From a virus, in IMG/VR virus record IMGVR_UViG_3300046786_000157, positions 1-64,000 of that record: 64,000 nt of DNA, one strand, 5' to 3'. This document shows positions 1 through 9,729 of the stretch, piece after piece. The notes beneath the pieces are model-generated. The model made no database searches, had not been told where the DNA came from, and was given only the letters and a program-made list of their open reading frames with translations. The position numbers and the translations under genes are program-made. How positions within the stretch are numbered: the first letter of the stretch is position 1; each line of letters starts with the position of its first letter.

Positions 1-747
1 GATTAGAACAGCTAAGGCAGCGTGTTCGTCACCAACGTAAGTAGCTGTACCAGATACAGTAGCTTGGTTGTATGTATACTCTGTAGATGCTAGAGTACGT
101 AGAGATAACAAGATTTCTTGGTCGATCTCAGCAGTAATTTCTTGTGCTAGAGCGGCCATGATTTCTGCTTCAACGTCAATACCATGTTGGCTTTGAGCGT
201 CTTGAGCCGCTTCAAATGTCCAACGTGCTTGCAACTTACGTGACTTAGCTTCAACAGCTTGACGCAAGATTTGTACGCTGATTTGCTTACCACCGTTACC
301 TTCAAGAGCCGCTGTATTATTAGCAGTGTAGCTTGAAGAAGATGAGTCAGCTTGTGGTGTACGTGAATATGCCTGTGCAATTAAGAACGGGCTTAACGCT
401 TCTTGACCAGCTGAAACAGAAGTTGCGGCTGCTGAAGTGTCAGTCAATGACTGAGCATAACGTACACGTAATGTGTGGATTTGACCAACTGGACCGGTCA
501 TTGGCTGAACGCCTACCAATTCGTTAGCGATAACGGTTGGCATAACACGACGGATAACTGGAAGAATCACACGGTTTAATGTAGCGATGTTACCAGCAGT
601 TGTAGTACCAGCTGAAGATTCAGCCAATAATTGCTTTTTGGTGTTTTCTAAAATAACACCCATTGTTGAACGGCGAGTTCCTTTTAAGCCTTCTAACAGA
701 GCTTCTTTGGTCTCGTCCCAACGGCTTTCTAAGAGTACTTTTGACAT
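1..747 (-). CDS. gp23: T4-like major capsid protein, N-terminal 249 codons (runs off the window start)
   Basis: Not in the ORF track. My translation from the ATG at 747 (SD GGAG upstream) is MSKVLLESRWDETKEALLEG...LLAESSAG...LPVIRRVMPTVIANELVGVQPMTGPVGQIHTLRVRY...VEAKSRKLQARWTFEAAQD...EIMAALAQEITAEIDQEIL. These are hallmark gp23 motifs, and the gene lies directly after gp22. Confidence 0.97.
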   Translation of the reverse strand, partial: MSKVLLESRWDETKEALLEGLKGTRRSTMGVILENTKKQLLAESSAGTTTAGNIATLNRVILPVIRRVMPTVIANELVGVQPMTGPVGQIHTLRVRYAQSLTDTSAAATSVSAGQEALSPFLIAQAYSRTPQADSSSSSYTANNTAALEGNGGKQISVQILRQAVEAKSRKLQARWTFEAAQDAQSQHGIDVEAEIMAALAQEITAEIDQEILLSLRTLASTEYTYNQATVSGTATYVGDEHAALAVLI

Positions 748-778
748 TTTATATTTCTCCTAAATCTATGTCTTTATT

Positions 779-1870
779 TTAAAGCCCTGCCAGACGTTTG
801 ATATCAATTACGTTATCACGTGCTTCGACTTCAACTTCTTTTTTGGCAGTTTTATTACCAGTTGCTTCTACGATACGTTCCTTGACAGCCTTTGCAGACT
901 TATCAGCTCCGGTATTCAACACTGCTGGTAAATACTTATCGAAAGTGGCTTGCAACTTACTTGTTTGCACACTCTCTAGTAAGTTCTGCATTACAGCAGC
1001 CTTTTCTTCGTTTAGAGTAGACAATAGTTGACCCATTGCTTTCTCACGTTGAACAGACTCTTTAATAATGCGAACTTCACGTTCCTTACTTTCAACTAAC
1101 TTTGCAGTTTGGTTTACTTGTTGTTTAGCTTCAGCTAGTTGAGATTCTTTCTCAGCTAACTTCGCTACTAATTTGCGAGTTTCAGATTTCTCATTTAAGT
1201 GAGTAACACTGAATTCACCTGCAAATGCTTCGAACAGACGACGGCCAAAATTGTTCTCACGAGCAACTTTAATGTCTTCTTTCAATTGGCCCATTTCACC
1301 CTTTAGATGAGATGTTACTACGGTGTTCAATCTCTTAGCACTTTCAGACACAAAACGTGCCTTCAATGTTTCTAATTGTTTACGACCTTCAGCAACTAAC
1401 TTGACCTTAGCTTCAACAACTGCCTGCTTGTCTTGAGCGAACTCTTTGATTTCACGGGCTAAAGCATGAACAATAAATTGCTCTAACTTTTGTTGACTTT
1501 CTTTTTGAATCTTACGATCACTGCGTAGTTCTTTGATTTCTTCAGCTAGTTTAGTAACCATGAAATCATTGAATTTTGTTGCGGATTCACGTAATTTAGA
1601 TTGTGCTTTCACACGGTCTTCGTTCATTGCTTGCTTTTCAGAGCGAAATTCTTCAATTTCTTCTGATAAGCTTTCTGTAACCATCTTATCAAGGGCTTCA
1701 ACCATTACGACTCTATCGTGCTCGTAACGTTGTGCGAATTCTTCACGTAATTCAGCACGTACTTGTTCGCGGGCTTCGTTCAATTTTGTTTCCCAAGCTT
1801 CATTCAAAGCTTGACCAACGTCTTGATTGATTAATCCACTTTCAAGTAATGGTTTGATAGCATCAAACAT
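779..1870 (-). CDS. gp22: Prohead core scaffolding protein
   Basis: Coiled-coil, E/K-rich 363-aa protein between the protease and capsid genes (T4 order 21-22-23). It has many (I/L)-x-E motifs of the type gp21 cleaves. Confidence 0.85.
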   Translation of the reverse strand: MFDAIKPLLESGLINQDVGQALNEAWETKLNEAREQVRAELREEFAQRYEHDRVVMVEALDKMVTESLSEEIEEFRSEKQAMNEDRVKAQSKLRESATKFNDFMVTKLAEEIKELRSDRKIQKESQQKLEQFIVHALAREIKEFAQDKQAVVEAKVKLVAEGRKQLETLKARFVSESAKRLNTVVTSHLKGEMGQLKEDIKVARENNFGRRLFEAFAGEFSVTHLNEKSETRKLVAKLAEKESQLAEAKQQVNQTAKLVESKEREVRIIKESVQREKAMGQLLSTLNEEKAAVMQNLLESVQTSKLQATFDKYLPAVLNTGADKSAKAVKERIVEATGNKTAKKEVEVEARDNVIDIKRLAGL

Positions 1871-1882
1871 GCTTATTCCCCT

Positions 1883-2518
1883 TTATTTGATTTTCAAGTC
1901 TTTGATGAGGCGCATTACTTCCTCTTTCAAATACTTTTCTACTTTTTTGTCACCCTGTGCGTCTTTAGCAATATCCAACATTCTATGACCATGACGCATA
2001 TTCATCATACCTTCATAGATTGCTTTAGGATAAGCGTTTGGAGCGCTCGGTTGAGCGACAATATCCACAGTGACGATTTCAAAGTCACTGACATGGCCAT
2101 TCATATCGTTCACGTTACCGCTACCACGACTAGATACGCCTAGTTTGACACCACTCTCCAACATAGTAGACACTAACTGTCCCATTGGAGTTGGTAAAAT
2201 CTTTAATTTGCCGAAGCCATTAGCTCCGTCCATCCACATAGATGTAATCATATGTGAAACACGGTCTAAGTTAATTTTAAGATCATCAGGGTGATCTACT
2301 TCGCCTAAGACGCTGTAGCCACCAGTAATTTGGTCATTGAGAGTATTGACGGCAGATTCAATCTCGGAAACGGGGTAAACTCGCTCATTAGCGTTCTTTA
2401 CCCCGCCCTGGATGAAAATACCCTTCATGTAAAGGGATTTTTCTTTGCCTTCACCTGACGATTCAACAACCATGCTAGCACGGTCAAACGTCAGATGTTC
2501 TTTGAGATACAAAGCCAT
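1883..2518 (-). CDS. gp21: Prohead maturation protease
   Basis: Motifs GIFIQGGVKNANERVYP, LGEVDHP (catalytic His) and LGVSSRGSG (catalytic Ser). Confidence 0.96.
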   Translation of the reverse strand: MALYLKEHLTFDRASMVVESSGEGKEKSLYMKGIFIQGGVKNANERVYPVSEIESAVNTLNDQITGGYSVLGEVDHPDDLKINLDRVSHMITSMWMDGANGFGKLKILPTPMGQLVSTMLESGVKLGVSSRGSGNVNDMNGHVSDFEIVTVDIVAQPSAPNAYPKAIYEGMMNMRHGHRMLDIAKDAQGDKKVEKYLKEEVMRLIKDLKIK

Positions 2519-2532
2519 TTCTCTCAGATTCC

Positions 2533-3351
2533 TTACTTAGCTAAAGGGCTCTTTGTGTTCACGCCACTAGCTTGTGATGTAGTTGGCTTAGGAGCTGACT
2601 CACCATCTTGCTTTGACTGACCAGGAGCGTTCTTGAAAGAACCTGCACCTTTAACTGATGTTTCGCCTTTTGCGTATGCATTGCTTGGGCCCTTTGGACT
2701 TGATGGAACTGATTCCGATTGTCCAGAGAACTTAACAGGCTTGCTGTCCATACCAGCTTGACCACTGTTTTGTAGACCTGGGCTCTTTGTTTGAGCACCA
2801 TTGTCACCCATTTGACCATACTTGTTATATGTTGCGCCACCGATTTGCTTTAATTGAACTGCTTCCATCATAGCTTCTTCACCGGCTTCTTCACCAGCAC
2901 CAAATTCTTCACCAGCGTCAAACTCATCAGCGCCTTCTTCATCGCCCATGTCTTCTTCGCCTTCGCCGCCCATGATGTCTTCAAACTCAGCCATCAACTG
3001 GTCTAGTTTGTCTTCTAAATCAACAACGCGGTCTTCTAGATTCTCACCTGCATCACCTTCAGCATCAGCTTCTAGGTCATGTGTGAAATCGTCACCAGCT
3101 TCTTCAGCTTCGTCATCGAATTCAATATCAGCTTCGTCATCTTCTGTCATGCCGCCAGCTTCTTCAGCATTGATCTCGTCTAGTAGATCACCTACTTGGC
3201 CGCCCATGCCTTCTTGCATTTCATCGTCCATCATTCCTTCATAGATTTCGCGGCTTTTTTCAACTACGATATCATGGAACAATGCACGAGCTTGTTCTTC
3301 ATCCTCATTAATAATCAAATTAATAAGTTGTTCAAATTTTTTGTTATCCAT
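2533..3351 (-). CDS. Highly acidic prohead-core-like protein (T4 gp67/gp68 position)
   Basis: D/E-rich low-complexity N-terminal two-thirds and a G/S/K/P-rich tail. It lies between portal and protease, with SD AGGAG and a late promoter upstream. Confidence 0.65.
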   Translation of the reverse strand: MDNKKFEQLINLIINEDEEQARALFHDIVVEKSREIYEGMMDDEMQEGMGGQVGDLLDEINAEEAGGMTEDDEADIEFDDEAEEAGDDFTHDLEADAEGDAGENLEDRVVDLEDKLDQLMAEFEDIMGGEGEEDMGDEEGADEFDAGEEFGAGEEAGEEAMMEAVQLKQIGGATYNKYGQMGDNGAQTKSPGLQNSGQAGMDSKPVKFSGQSESVPSSPKGPSNAYAKGETSVKGAGSFKNAPGQSKQDGESAPKPTTSQASGVNTKSPLAK

Positions 3352-3387
3352 TGTTTGTTTCTCCTAAGTAGAATGGCTTTGTAGAAT

Positions 3388-3395
3388 TATTTAGT
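3388..3395 (-). promoter_or_regulatory. T4-like late promoter ACTAAATA
   Basis: Plus strand reads tatttagt. It sits upstream of the SD of the 3351 gene and matches a motif recurring before most late genes. Confidence 0.7.
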
Positions 3396-3406
3396 GCGTA
3401 TCATGG

Positions 3407-3434
3407 AAAACAGCACAATAAGTGCTGTTTTTTT
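3407..3434. terminator. Probable intrinsic (possibly bidirectional) terminator
   Basis: Perfect 10-bp inverted repeat AAAACAGCAC-aataa-GTGCTGTTTT with T-tracts on both strands, downstream of the 3465-3701 gene. Confidence 0.7.
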
Positions 3435-3464
3435 ACGTTTTTGTTCAGAATATGTATTTTACCA

Positions 3465-3701
3465 TTAAACCGTCGGTTGTTCAGCACCTGCGGCTGCGGC
3501 GGCTGCACCATATTGCTCATGGACTTTTTTCATATATTTTTGTTTTTCGTAATTGCGAACATCTAACATCTTACGTAATTTACGAATCTGCTTTAATGTT
3601 AGTTTTGTTTTACGAGATTCACGCCATTTAGGTTTGCTATTATCAGCTTCTAAATCCTGATAACCTTGTACAGCGGCGTCAAACATTTCAAATAATTTCA
3701 T
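3465..3701 (-). CDS. Small basic head-assembly-region protein (78 aa), function unknown
   Basis: Start corrected from 3776 (inside the portal gene) to the ATG at 3701, giving MKLFEMFDAAVQGYQDLEADNSKPKWRESRKTKLTLKQIRKLRKM. A late promoter lies 5 nt upstream, and the gene is in the gp67 position after the portal. Confidence 0.75.
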   Translation of the reverse strand: MKLFEMFDAAVQGYQDLEADNSKPKWRESRKTKLTLKQIRKLRKMLDVRNYEKQKYMKKVHEQYGAAAAAAGAEQPTV

Positions 3702-3706
3702 AGTAT

Positions 3707-3714
3707 TATTTATC
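3707..3714 (-). promoter_or_regulatory. Late promoter GATAAATA, 5 nt before the ATG (likely leaderless)
   Basis: Minus strand reads GATAAATA-atact-ATG, with no SD. Confidence 0.65.
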
Positions 3715-3717
3715 TTT

Positions 3718-5511
3718 TTACATACCGTTTCCAGCGGGAGCAGGTGTTCCGCCTGCCATGCCGCCAGTAGCCGCATCGCCTACTGGACCTGCAACACCAC
3801 CTTCTAATCCAGCATCTTCTGGTGGAGGAGCTTCCATATCTGCCGCTGTTTGTTCGTCAGTTTCTAAATCACCAACTGATACACCCACACTACGCAAATC
3901 TGATCCTGCAGGATCATTATCAGATTCTTTGTTGTTTTCTTCACGCCACATTGTTTCGTTCTTACTAATTTCTTCTTCAGTTAAGCCTAAGAAACGTTCT
4001 AATGCAAAACGCTTAGAGATGTATGGGTACTGTTCGATTGCAGTGAATGAGCTAATACGTGCAGTATCTAATTCACTTTGACGATAAGCCGCAAAGTTCT
4101 GCGGTGGATTAAATGTTAATTGGAATAAACCACTATCAATATTAAAGCCTCTCCAACGTAAGAATAACTTGAATTCTTCGTCAAGCTTCATTGACAAATA
4201 GCTTTGTAAGCGTTCGCAGTATTGGTTGAAGCGGAACTCTTGAATCATTGCTGTACCAACACGTCCATCACTCAATGGAGTTGTGTTGTCATCTGGGCCT
4301 GTTGGAAGATAGCTACTTGGTACACGTAAACCACGTGCCAATCTATTATTAAAGTAGCGCAAGTCATCAATCTCGCCCAAGTTTTGACCACCGGGAAGGA
4401 CTTCAACACTTGATCCTCTTCCGTCAGCAGTGACAGGGAAGAAATAATCTTCGTTCATTGATAATGGATTATATGACGCATCTACAACAGATGAGCCACC
4501 ATAAACTGATGGGATTCTACGTTGGTGAATCTCGTTTTTAATACGTTCTACGAATGCCATAGCCATGTGACTTGGCATATTACCAACGTCAATCTTGAAC
4601 ATTCTACGTTCAGGAGCACGTTGTACACGATAGATAAGAACAGCGTCTTCAAGCAATTCTTTTTGCTTATAGACTTTGAAAATGTTTTCTAACACAGACT
4701 GTCCGAAAGGCCAAAAACGATCTAGACCTTCTGTTAGACTCAAGTGAACTACGTGTTTAGCGTCAATAGCTGATTCACTTTGACCCAATGTAAAACGTGA
4801 TCCAGTTGTATTATAAGGCATTGCTGGTACAGTGTATCCACCACCAGAGCCACCTCCTCCTGTACCGCCTAAGCCAGTAGCAGGATTGGCTGCAAAGTCT
4901 GTGTTAGTCTTTTGAGCCGCTGTTAAATTCTGCAAGTTAATGTTAATATCTTTAATAACATATTGTTCTGGCTTCTTGCCTTCACTTTCATTAACGATAA
5001 CTTTAATGACCTTAGTCATGTCAATCCAGTATAACTTAAAGTTTTCTGGATCACGAATAAACACTTGATCTCCAAATTTGATAGTGTTTCTGAAAATCTT
5101 GAATACACGTGTATCAAATTCGTTTAGTTTACACCATTGTTGTAACTGAGTTTTTAATAGTTCGACTTCATGCTGTGTTGGTTCTTCTTTGAACTCAAAA
5201 GCAAAAGGCGTCTTGTTATGTTCGTTTTTCTGAGTACTAAACTCAGAAATAATGTCTAGACATGCATTGATTTCAGCATCAACGTCCATCATTTCGTACT
5301 GGTTATATCTTTCAATACGGTTTGGGTGACCTGTATAGACTTCAGGAAGTCTAGAGCCATAGTTCTTATATCCAAATTGGTCATTATTCCAACCACCTGT
5401 CTCTGAGCCATTTTGCCCCGGACTGCCATTCCATGCTCCTGGGTTGCTATTGCCGCCTGAGATAGGACTGGAAATACCACTTTTGTTTAAAAAACGTTTT
5501 TTATATGTCAT
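3718..5511 (-). CDS. gp20: Portal protein
   Basis: Motifs RYNQYEMMDVDAEINACLDII, KQKELLEDAVLIYRVQRAPERRMFKIDVGNMP and MNEDYFFP..GRGSSVEVLPGG. Confidence 0.97.
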   Translation of the reverse strand: MTYKKRFLNKSGISSPISGGNSNPGAWNGSPGQNGSETGGWNNDQFGYKNYGSRLPEVYTGHPNRIERYNQYEMMDVDAEINACLDIISEFSTQKNEHNKTPFAFEFKEEPTQHEVELLKTQLQQWCKLNEFDTRVFKIFRNTIKFGDQVFIRDPENFKLYWIDMTKVIKVIVNESEGKKPEQYVIKDININLQNLTAAQKTNTDFAANPATGLGGTGGGGSGGGYTVPAMPYNTTGSRFTLGQSESAIDAKHVVHLSLTEGLDRFWPFGQSVLENIFKVYKQKELLEDAVLIYRVQRAPERRMFKIDVGNMPSHMAMAFVERIKNEIHQRRIPSVYGGSSVVDASYNPLSMNEDYFFPVTADGRGSSVEVLPGGQNLGEIDDLRYFNNRLARGLRVPSSYLPTGPDDNTTPLSDGRVGTAMIQEFRFNQYCERLQSYLSMKLDEEFKLFLRWRGFNIDSGLFQLTFNPPQNFAAYRQSELDTARISSFTAIEQYPYISKRFALERFLGLTEEEISKNETMWREENNKESDNDPAGSDLRSVGVSVGDLETDEQTAADMEAPPPEDAGLEGGVAGPVGDAATGGMAGGTPAPAGNGM

Positions 5512-5518
5512 AGCTTAG

Positions 5519-5526
5519 TATTTAGC
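5519..5526 (-). promoter_or_regulatory. Late promoter GCTAAATA, 7 nt before the portal ATG
   Basis: Minus strand reads GCTAAATA-ctaagct-ATG, with no SD. Confidence 0.65.
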
Positions 5527-5527
5527 G

Positions 5528-8500
5528 TTAGGCTTTAGAATACTTTAATAATTGCTCTTGGGTGCTATGACTATCACTTAATTTGTCTATCATATCATCC
5601 ATTTTTTCTTCCATCATTTCCATTAATTTAGCTAACATTTCAACAGTAGCACTGTCATCCATTTGTGTTGTAGTACTGTTTTGTTGATTGAAAACTGATG
5701 ATAATTCTTGTTTTTCTACATTATCTTTGTCGCCAAAAACTTTAGACACGTCTGGAGCCGGTATAACCATTTCTCGACCATGAAGTTCTACGTCATATCC
5801 ACTAGTAGGTCCGTCAAACAGTCCACCATTTTTAGCTTTTAACAGTGAGCCACCTTCTGATTGTGCCGCACTAAAGTGCATCGCATCTTTGCGTGACTTC
5901 CAGTTACCGCCCCATCCTAAACCCAATCCTGCAGCCACTGAGCTTATGTCCCCAGGCATATCTGTAACAAGCGTAGTACCTAATGGATTTGTGCTAGGGT
6001 TAATATCAATCGCACCACCATGTGCGTGAACACTCTTTACACCTGGTTTGCCACGAACGTCACGGTCAACAAAGCCACCCAAACTATTAATTTCATATCC
6101 CGATTTATCCAAATAATCAATCAGTCCCTGAAATGCAGGGGCGAACTTTTCATTTACTGATGTTGACTTACCCGACTTAGATGAAATTCTAGTAAGTTTA
6201 GGTGCACTACCCGGGCCAGCGCCACTCGACTCTGCCGCATGTCCGCCTGCAGGTCCGCCTGCATTAGAATCTCTAGGTGCAGAAGATCCTCCTTCTTTAT
6301 TTCCGCCGGCTCCAGTTCCACCAGTGCCTCCAGGTGCGCCACCTGTACTACCACCTGCAGGAGAAGCTCCGGGGCCGGCTGCGCTACCGCTACTTAGTCT
6401 AGCATAAATTTGTTCTAGACGTTTTGCTTTATCTTCTGCTGATCCAGGTTGATCTTTAACAGTAGCAATATTCGATAAGTCATTGATAGCTTGTGTCAAA
6501 TCTTCCATTGCTTTCTTATTTGACAAATAAGTTTTGTTTAATGTGTCAGTTGATTTTGTAGAATCTTTTCTAGCGTCCACTTCTTTATCAGACATTGCTT
6601 TTCTAGCTTCAGTTTCTTTTTCAACCATCGCTTTCTTTTCAGAAGGCGTTCCGGTTTCTTTCAATGCTTCACCGGTTACTTTACCAACTTTCTCACCAAC
6701 AACTTCTCCGCCTTTGCTACCCAACCAACCACCAACTGCGGCTCCTAGCAAACCACCGATCGCTGTACCAATAACAGGTACAACAGAACCCATAGCGGCT
6801 CCTGCGGCTGCTCCGGCCCATGCTCCAGCGGCTCCACCTGCTGCCTGTCCTACTCCTGATCCAACTGCTTCAGATTTCTTAACAGTGCCTTCTGCTTTTG
6901 TTAATTCTCCTGATTTAACTTTTTCATCTACTTCTTTAGAACCTTGATATGCACTGTGTAATCCCATACCAACTGATACTACTGCCGCGGCCGGGCCTGC
7001 TACTCTACCTAATGCAGATGCACCTTTAGCTAATGACCCTGCCATGCCTGCGCCTTTGGTTGCTGTAGCGCCTGCCTTGATAAATCTACCATCGGGGCCT
7101 CGGGGTTTTGGTGCTTTACCACCTTTACCTTTGCCTTTATCACCACCTAACAAGTCACCAACTTTACCCATTGCCGCTTTGCCTGCCATAGCAGTCAATG
7201 CTAATGCGGCTATGCCGGCTGCTGTAGCTAATGCTGTTGCGGCAATAGTAGTAGCATCAAATCCTTTTAGTAACGGGTTCATAGATGCAATAAGTTCATC
7301 TACTTTTAATTTGGCCGCACGTTCTGCTTCAGTTAAATTGTTTCTAGCAATTTGTGCAGGATCTTCTGCCGCGGCCCCTTTACCTTTCTTATTGTCTTCA
7401 ACTGCTTGTCTACCACCAGCGGCAATTTCAGCTTGTGATTTGTCATTAGTTGAACGCTTAGTAACTCCGGCGACAGTTTCACCTGACAATCCAGTTGCTT
7501 TACGCAAATCTTCTGAGAATGCAAGTGCTGTACGATTGTTTTCCAACATCGTCTTAGCTTTCTTGTCATACTCGTCAATAAACTCGCCTTGCTTATATTG
7601 ACCTTTCTTGGCTGAATCAATCTGCTTCTGTACATCTACACCCAAGACAGCCATGTTAGCTGATTCTTTAGTGATGGCACCAGTCAAGTATTGCATCTGA
7701 ACTGCGGCTGTCTTAGCCGGGTCACCTAGTGCACCAACGTCATCAATAAGTTTGTTAGCGGCTGCTCGTTCAGCATCAATACGTTTAACTTTATCAGTGT
7801 CTCCGGCAGCTTCGGCGGCTTTGCGATCCATTGCCCACTTGTTTTCCATCAACTTCCACTCATATGTGGCTCTGTTGACTTCTTGCTGTTTCTTCATTTC
7901 CTCAACGTTCTTACCTGACATTTCGGCAAGAACAACGAGGTTCTCAGCATAAGCTAATGACTGTTTACGTAATGATTCACCTGTCTTTTCTGATTTAGAT
8001 AGGCCAGCACCTGACTTCTCTAACAATGAAACATAGTCGGCTTGTGCTTTAATTCTAGCTTCATCGTCAAAACCCAAACGTTGAAACGCCATACGCTGTT
8101 CTTTTGTAACAGCGGTCATTTCAGTAAATGCTTTTACACCATCAGATGAACTGTTACCTAATACAGTTAATCCACCACTCAAGCTCGTCATTGGCTTGAT
8201 TAGTTTGTCCATTTGATCTGATGCTAGACCGGCTTTTGCGCCCATCTGTCTAACTTGTTCAGCAGTGAACTTGTTAGCGGCACCTGTTTGACTAATCTTA
8301 TCTGTGGCTTTTAGTAAGTCATCAGCTTGTTTGGTTGCCATTTCGCCAACCATAGTAAAGCCTTTGATGACACCACCTAAGATAGTACCCAGTATACCAA
8401 AGTTTTTACCTAAACTAAGGGCCGCATCACCTGCATTCTTCAGTGTATTATTGTATTTTTCAAAACCCTCTTTACCAGATAAGGCTGCACCAGCCATTGA

Positions 8501-8821
8501 TGTGAGTGCAGTTTGTGTAGAAGACAATGCTTTAGAGAAATTAGCCATAGCATCGGCATGTTTTCTAGCCATTTCTGCATTGATCTTTTCAGCTTCTGTT
8601 GTTTCGTCTAGGCCTTTTTGAAAACTCTTAAGCGATTTTGCGGCTTCAGTAGCAGATATAGTCGAGTCTTTCATAGACTTGCCTGTACCTGTCATATTGC
8701 CCATCATAGCCAACATGGCTGCGGCCATCTGCTCGTTTCGCTCAGCCATTTGACGCATTGAATCGTCTAGTTTGCGAACCGTTTCGTTCAGATTGTCCAT
8801 ATTTTCATTATTTTCAGCCAT
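5528..8821 (-). CDS. Tape-measure-like protein (gp29 analogue) with a glycine-zipper membrane segment and a C-terminal M15-family Zn peptidase
   Basis: Long A/K/E-rich helical region, then a glycine zipper (GAAGAWAGAAAGAAMG..GGLLGAAVGGWLG), then a Gly-rich linker, then SVHAHGGAID (SxHxxGxAxD) and WGGNWKSRKDAMHF. It is divergent from gp26/gp51. Confidence 0.8.
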   Translation of the reverse strand: MAENNENMDNLNETVRKLDDSMRQMAERNEQMAAAMLAMMGNMTGTGKSMKDSTISATEAAKSLKSFQKGLDETTEAEKINAEMARKHADAMANFSKALSSTQTALTSMAGAALSGKEGFEKYNNTLKNAGDAALSLGKNFGILGTILGGVIKGFTMVGEMATKQADDLLKATDKISQTGAANKFTAEQVRQMGAKAGLASDQMDKLIKPMTSLSGGLTVLGNSSSDGVKAFTEMTAVTKEQRMAFQRLGFDDEARIKAQADYVSLLEKSGAGLSKSEKTGESLRKQSLAYAENLVVLAEMSGKNVEEMKKQQEVNRATYEWKLMENKWAMDRKAAEAAGDTDKVKRIDAERAAANKLIDDVGALGDPAKTAAVQMQYLTGAITKESANMAVLGVDVQKQIDSAKKGQYKQGEFIDEYDKKAKTMLENNRTALAFSEDLRKATGLSGETVAGVTKRSTNDKSQAEIAAGGRQAVEDNKKGKGAAAEDPAQIARNNLTEAERAAKLKVDELIASMNPLLKGFDATTIAATALATAAGIAALALTAMAGKAAMGKVGDLLGGDKGKGKGGKAPKPRGPDGRFIKAGATATKGAGMAGSLAKGASALGRVAGPAAAVVSVGMGLHSAYQGSKEVDEKVKSGELTKAEGTVKKSEAVGSGVGQAAGGAAGAWAGAAAGAAMGSVVPVIGTAIGGLLGAAVGGWLGSKGGEVVGEKVGKVTGEALKETGTPSEKKAMVEKETEARKAMSDKEVDARKDSTKSTDTLNKTYLSNKKAMEDLTQAINDLSNIATVKDQPGSAEDKAKRLEQIYARLSSGSAAGPGASPAGGSTGGAPGGTGGTGAGGNKEGGSSAPRDSNAGGPAGGHAAESSGAGPGSAPKLTRISSKSGKSTSVNEKFAPAFQGLIDYLDKSGYEINSLGGFVDRDVRGKPGVKSVHAHGGAIDINPSTNPLGTTLVTDMPGDISSVAAGLGLGWGGNWKSRKDAMHFSAAQSEGGSLLKAKNGGLFDGPTSGYDVELHGREMVIPAPDVSKVFGDKDNVEKQELSSVFNQQNSTTTQMDDSATVEMLAKLMEMMEEKMDDMIDKLSDSHSTQEQLLKYSKA

Positions 8822-8832
8822 GTATTTTACCC

Positions 8833-8860
8833 ACTAAATATGTTTTATAATGTATTTAGT
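8833..8860. promoter_or_regulatory. Pair of face-to-face late promoters (ACTAAATA on each strand, 12 nt apart)
   Basis: Sequence actaaata-tgttttataatg-tatttagt lies between the divergent tape-measure and gp26 genes. Confidence 0.7.
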
Positions 8861-8898
8861 ATTGGGCTAACTACGACTTTTTAACACAAGGACACTAA

Positions 8899-9729
8899 AT
8901 GGCAATTTCAAACAATCCCTTAAAACAGTATTTCCGCAGACCTGCAATCTATCTTAAACTACCTAGTGGTGGCGAGGGATATCCTATGGGAACAATCAAC
9001 ATGCCGGATACAGGTGACTTACCCGTATATCCTATGACTGCAATTGACGAGATTACTGCTAGAACACCTGACGCATTGTTTAATGGAACAGCTATGGCTG
9101 AGTTAATTAAAAGCTGTATTCCTGATATCCGAGATCCATGGGCGATCAATAGCAACGACTTTGACGCTATCTTAGTTGCTATCAAAGCGGCTGCAAATGG
9201 AAATAGCATGGATATCACATCAATCTGCCCATCGTGTACAGAAGTTGCTGACTATGGCGTAAATCTTGCCGGCTTATTAACTTCTATGCAAGCAAGTGAC
9301 TATAGCAAACCGTTAATGATTAATGAATTAGAAATCATGTTCAGACCATTGACTTATAAAGAAATGAACCAAGCGGCTATTGGTCAGTTTGAAGCTCAGA
9401 GAGTGTTTGACCAGTTAGAGAACGAAACTAGTGAAGAAGAAAGAAACAGAAAGACACAGGAAGCAGTGAAACACATCACTGAACTCACTATGAAAATTCT
9501 GTCACAGACTATTAAATCAATAAAAACACCCACTGCAGTGGTTACAGAGTATGAATATTTGTTGGATTTCTTAACTCATTGTGATAAAAATATGTATATT
9601 GCTATACGTGATTACAATGCAAACCTAAGAGAAACTACACAAATTAAGCCATTAAAATTAAAGTGTATTCATTGTCAACATGAATATGAGCAAACTTTCA
9701 CACTGAATACATCCGATTTTTTCGCATGA
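8899..9729 (+). CDS. gp26: Baseplate hub assembly protein, T4 gp26-like
   Basis: Motifs NPLKQYFRRPAIYLKLPSGG and PVYPMTAIDEI, two CxxC pairs (CPSC, CIHC), and SD AAGGA. Confidence 0.85.
   Translation: MAISNNPLKQYFRRPAIYLKLPSGGEGYPMGTINMPDTGDLPVYPMTAIDEITARTPDALFNGTAMAELIKSCIPDIRDPWAINSNDFDAILVAIKAAANGNSMDITSICPSCTEVADYGVNLAGLLTSMQASDYSKPLMINELEIMFRPLTYKEMNQAAIGQFEAQRVFDQLENETSEEERNRKTQEAVKHITELTMKILSQTIKSIKTPTAVVTEYEYLLDFLTHCDKNMYIAIRDYNANLRETTQIKPLKLKCIHCQHEYEQTFTLNTSDFFA

Noticed and set aside
147-527. ORF-track entries 147..380 (-) and 333..527 (+)
   Set aside because: They are shadows of the gp23 gene, which is in another frame and was missed by the track because its stop lies outside the window.
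3702-3776. Extended start of the 3465 gene at 3776
   Set aside because: It overlaps the portal C-terminus; the ATG at 3701 sits right behind a late promoter.
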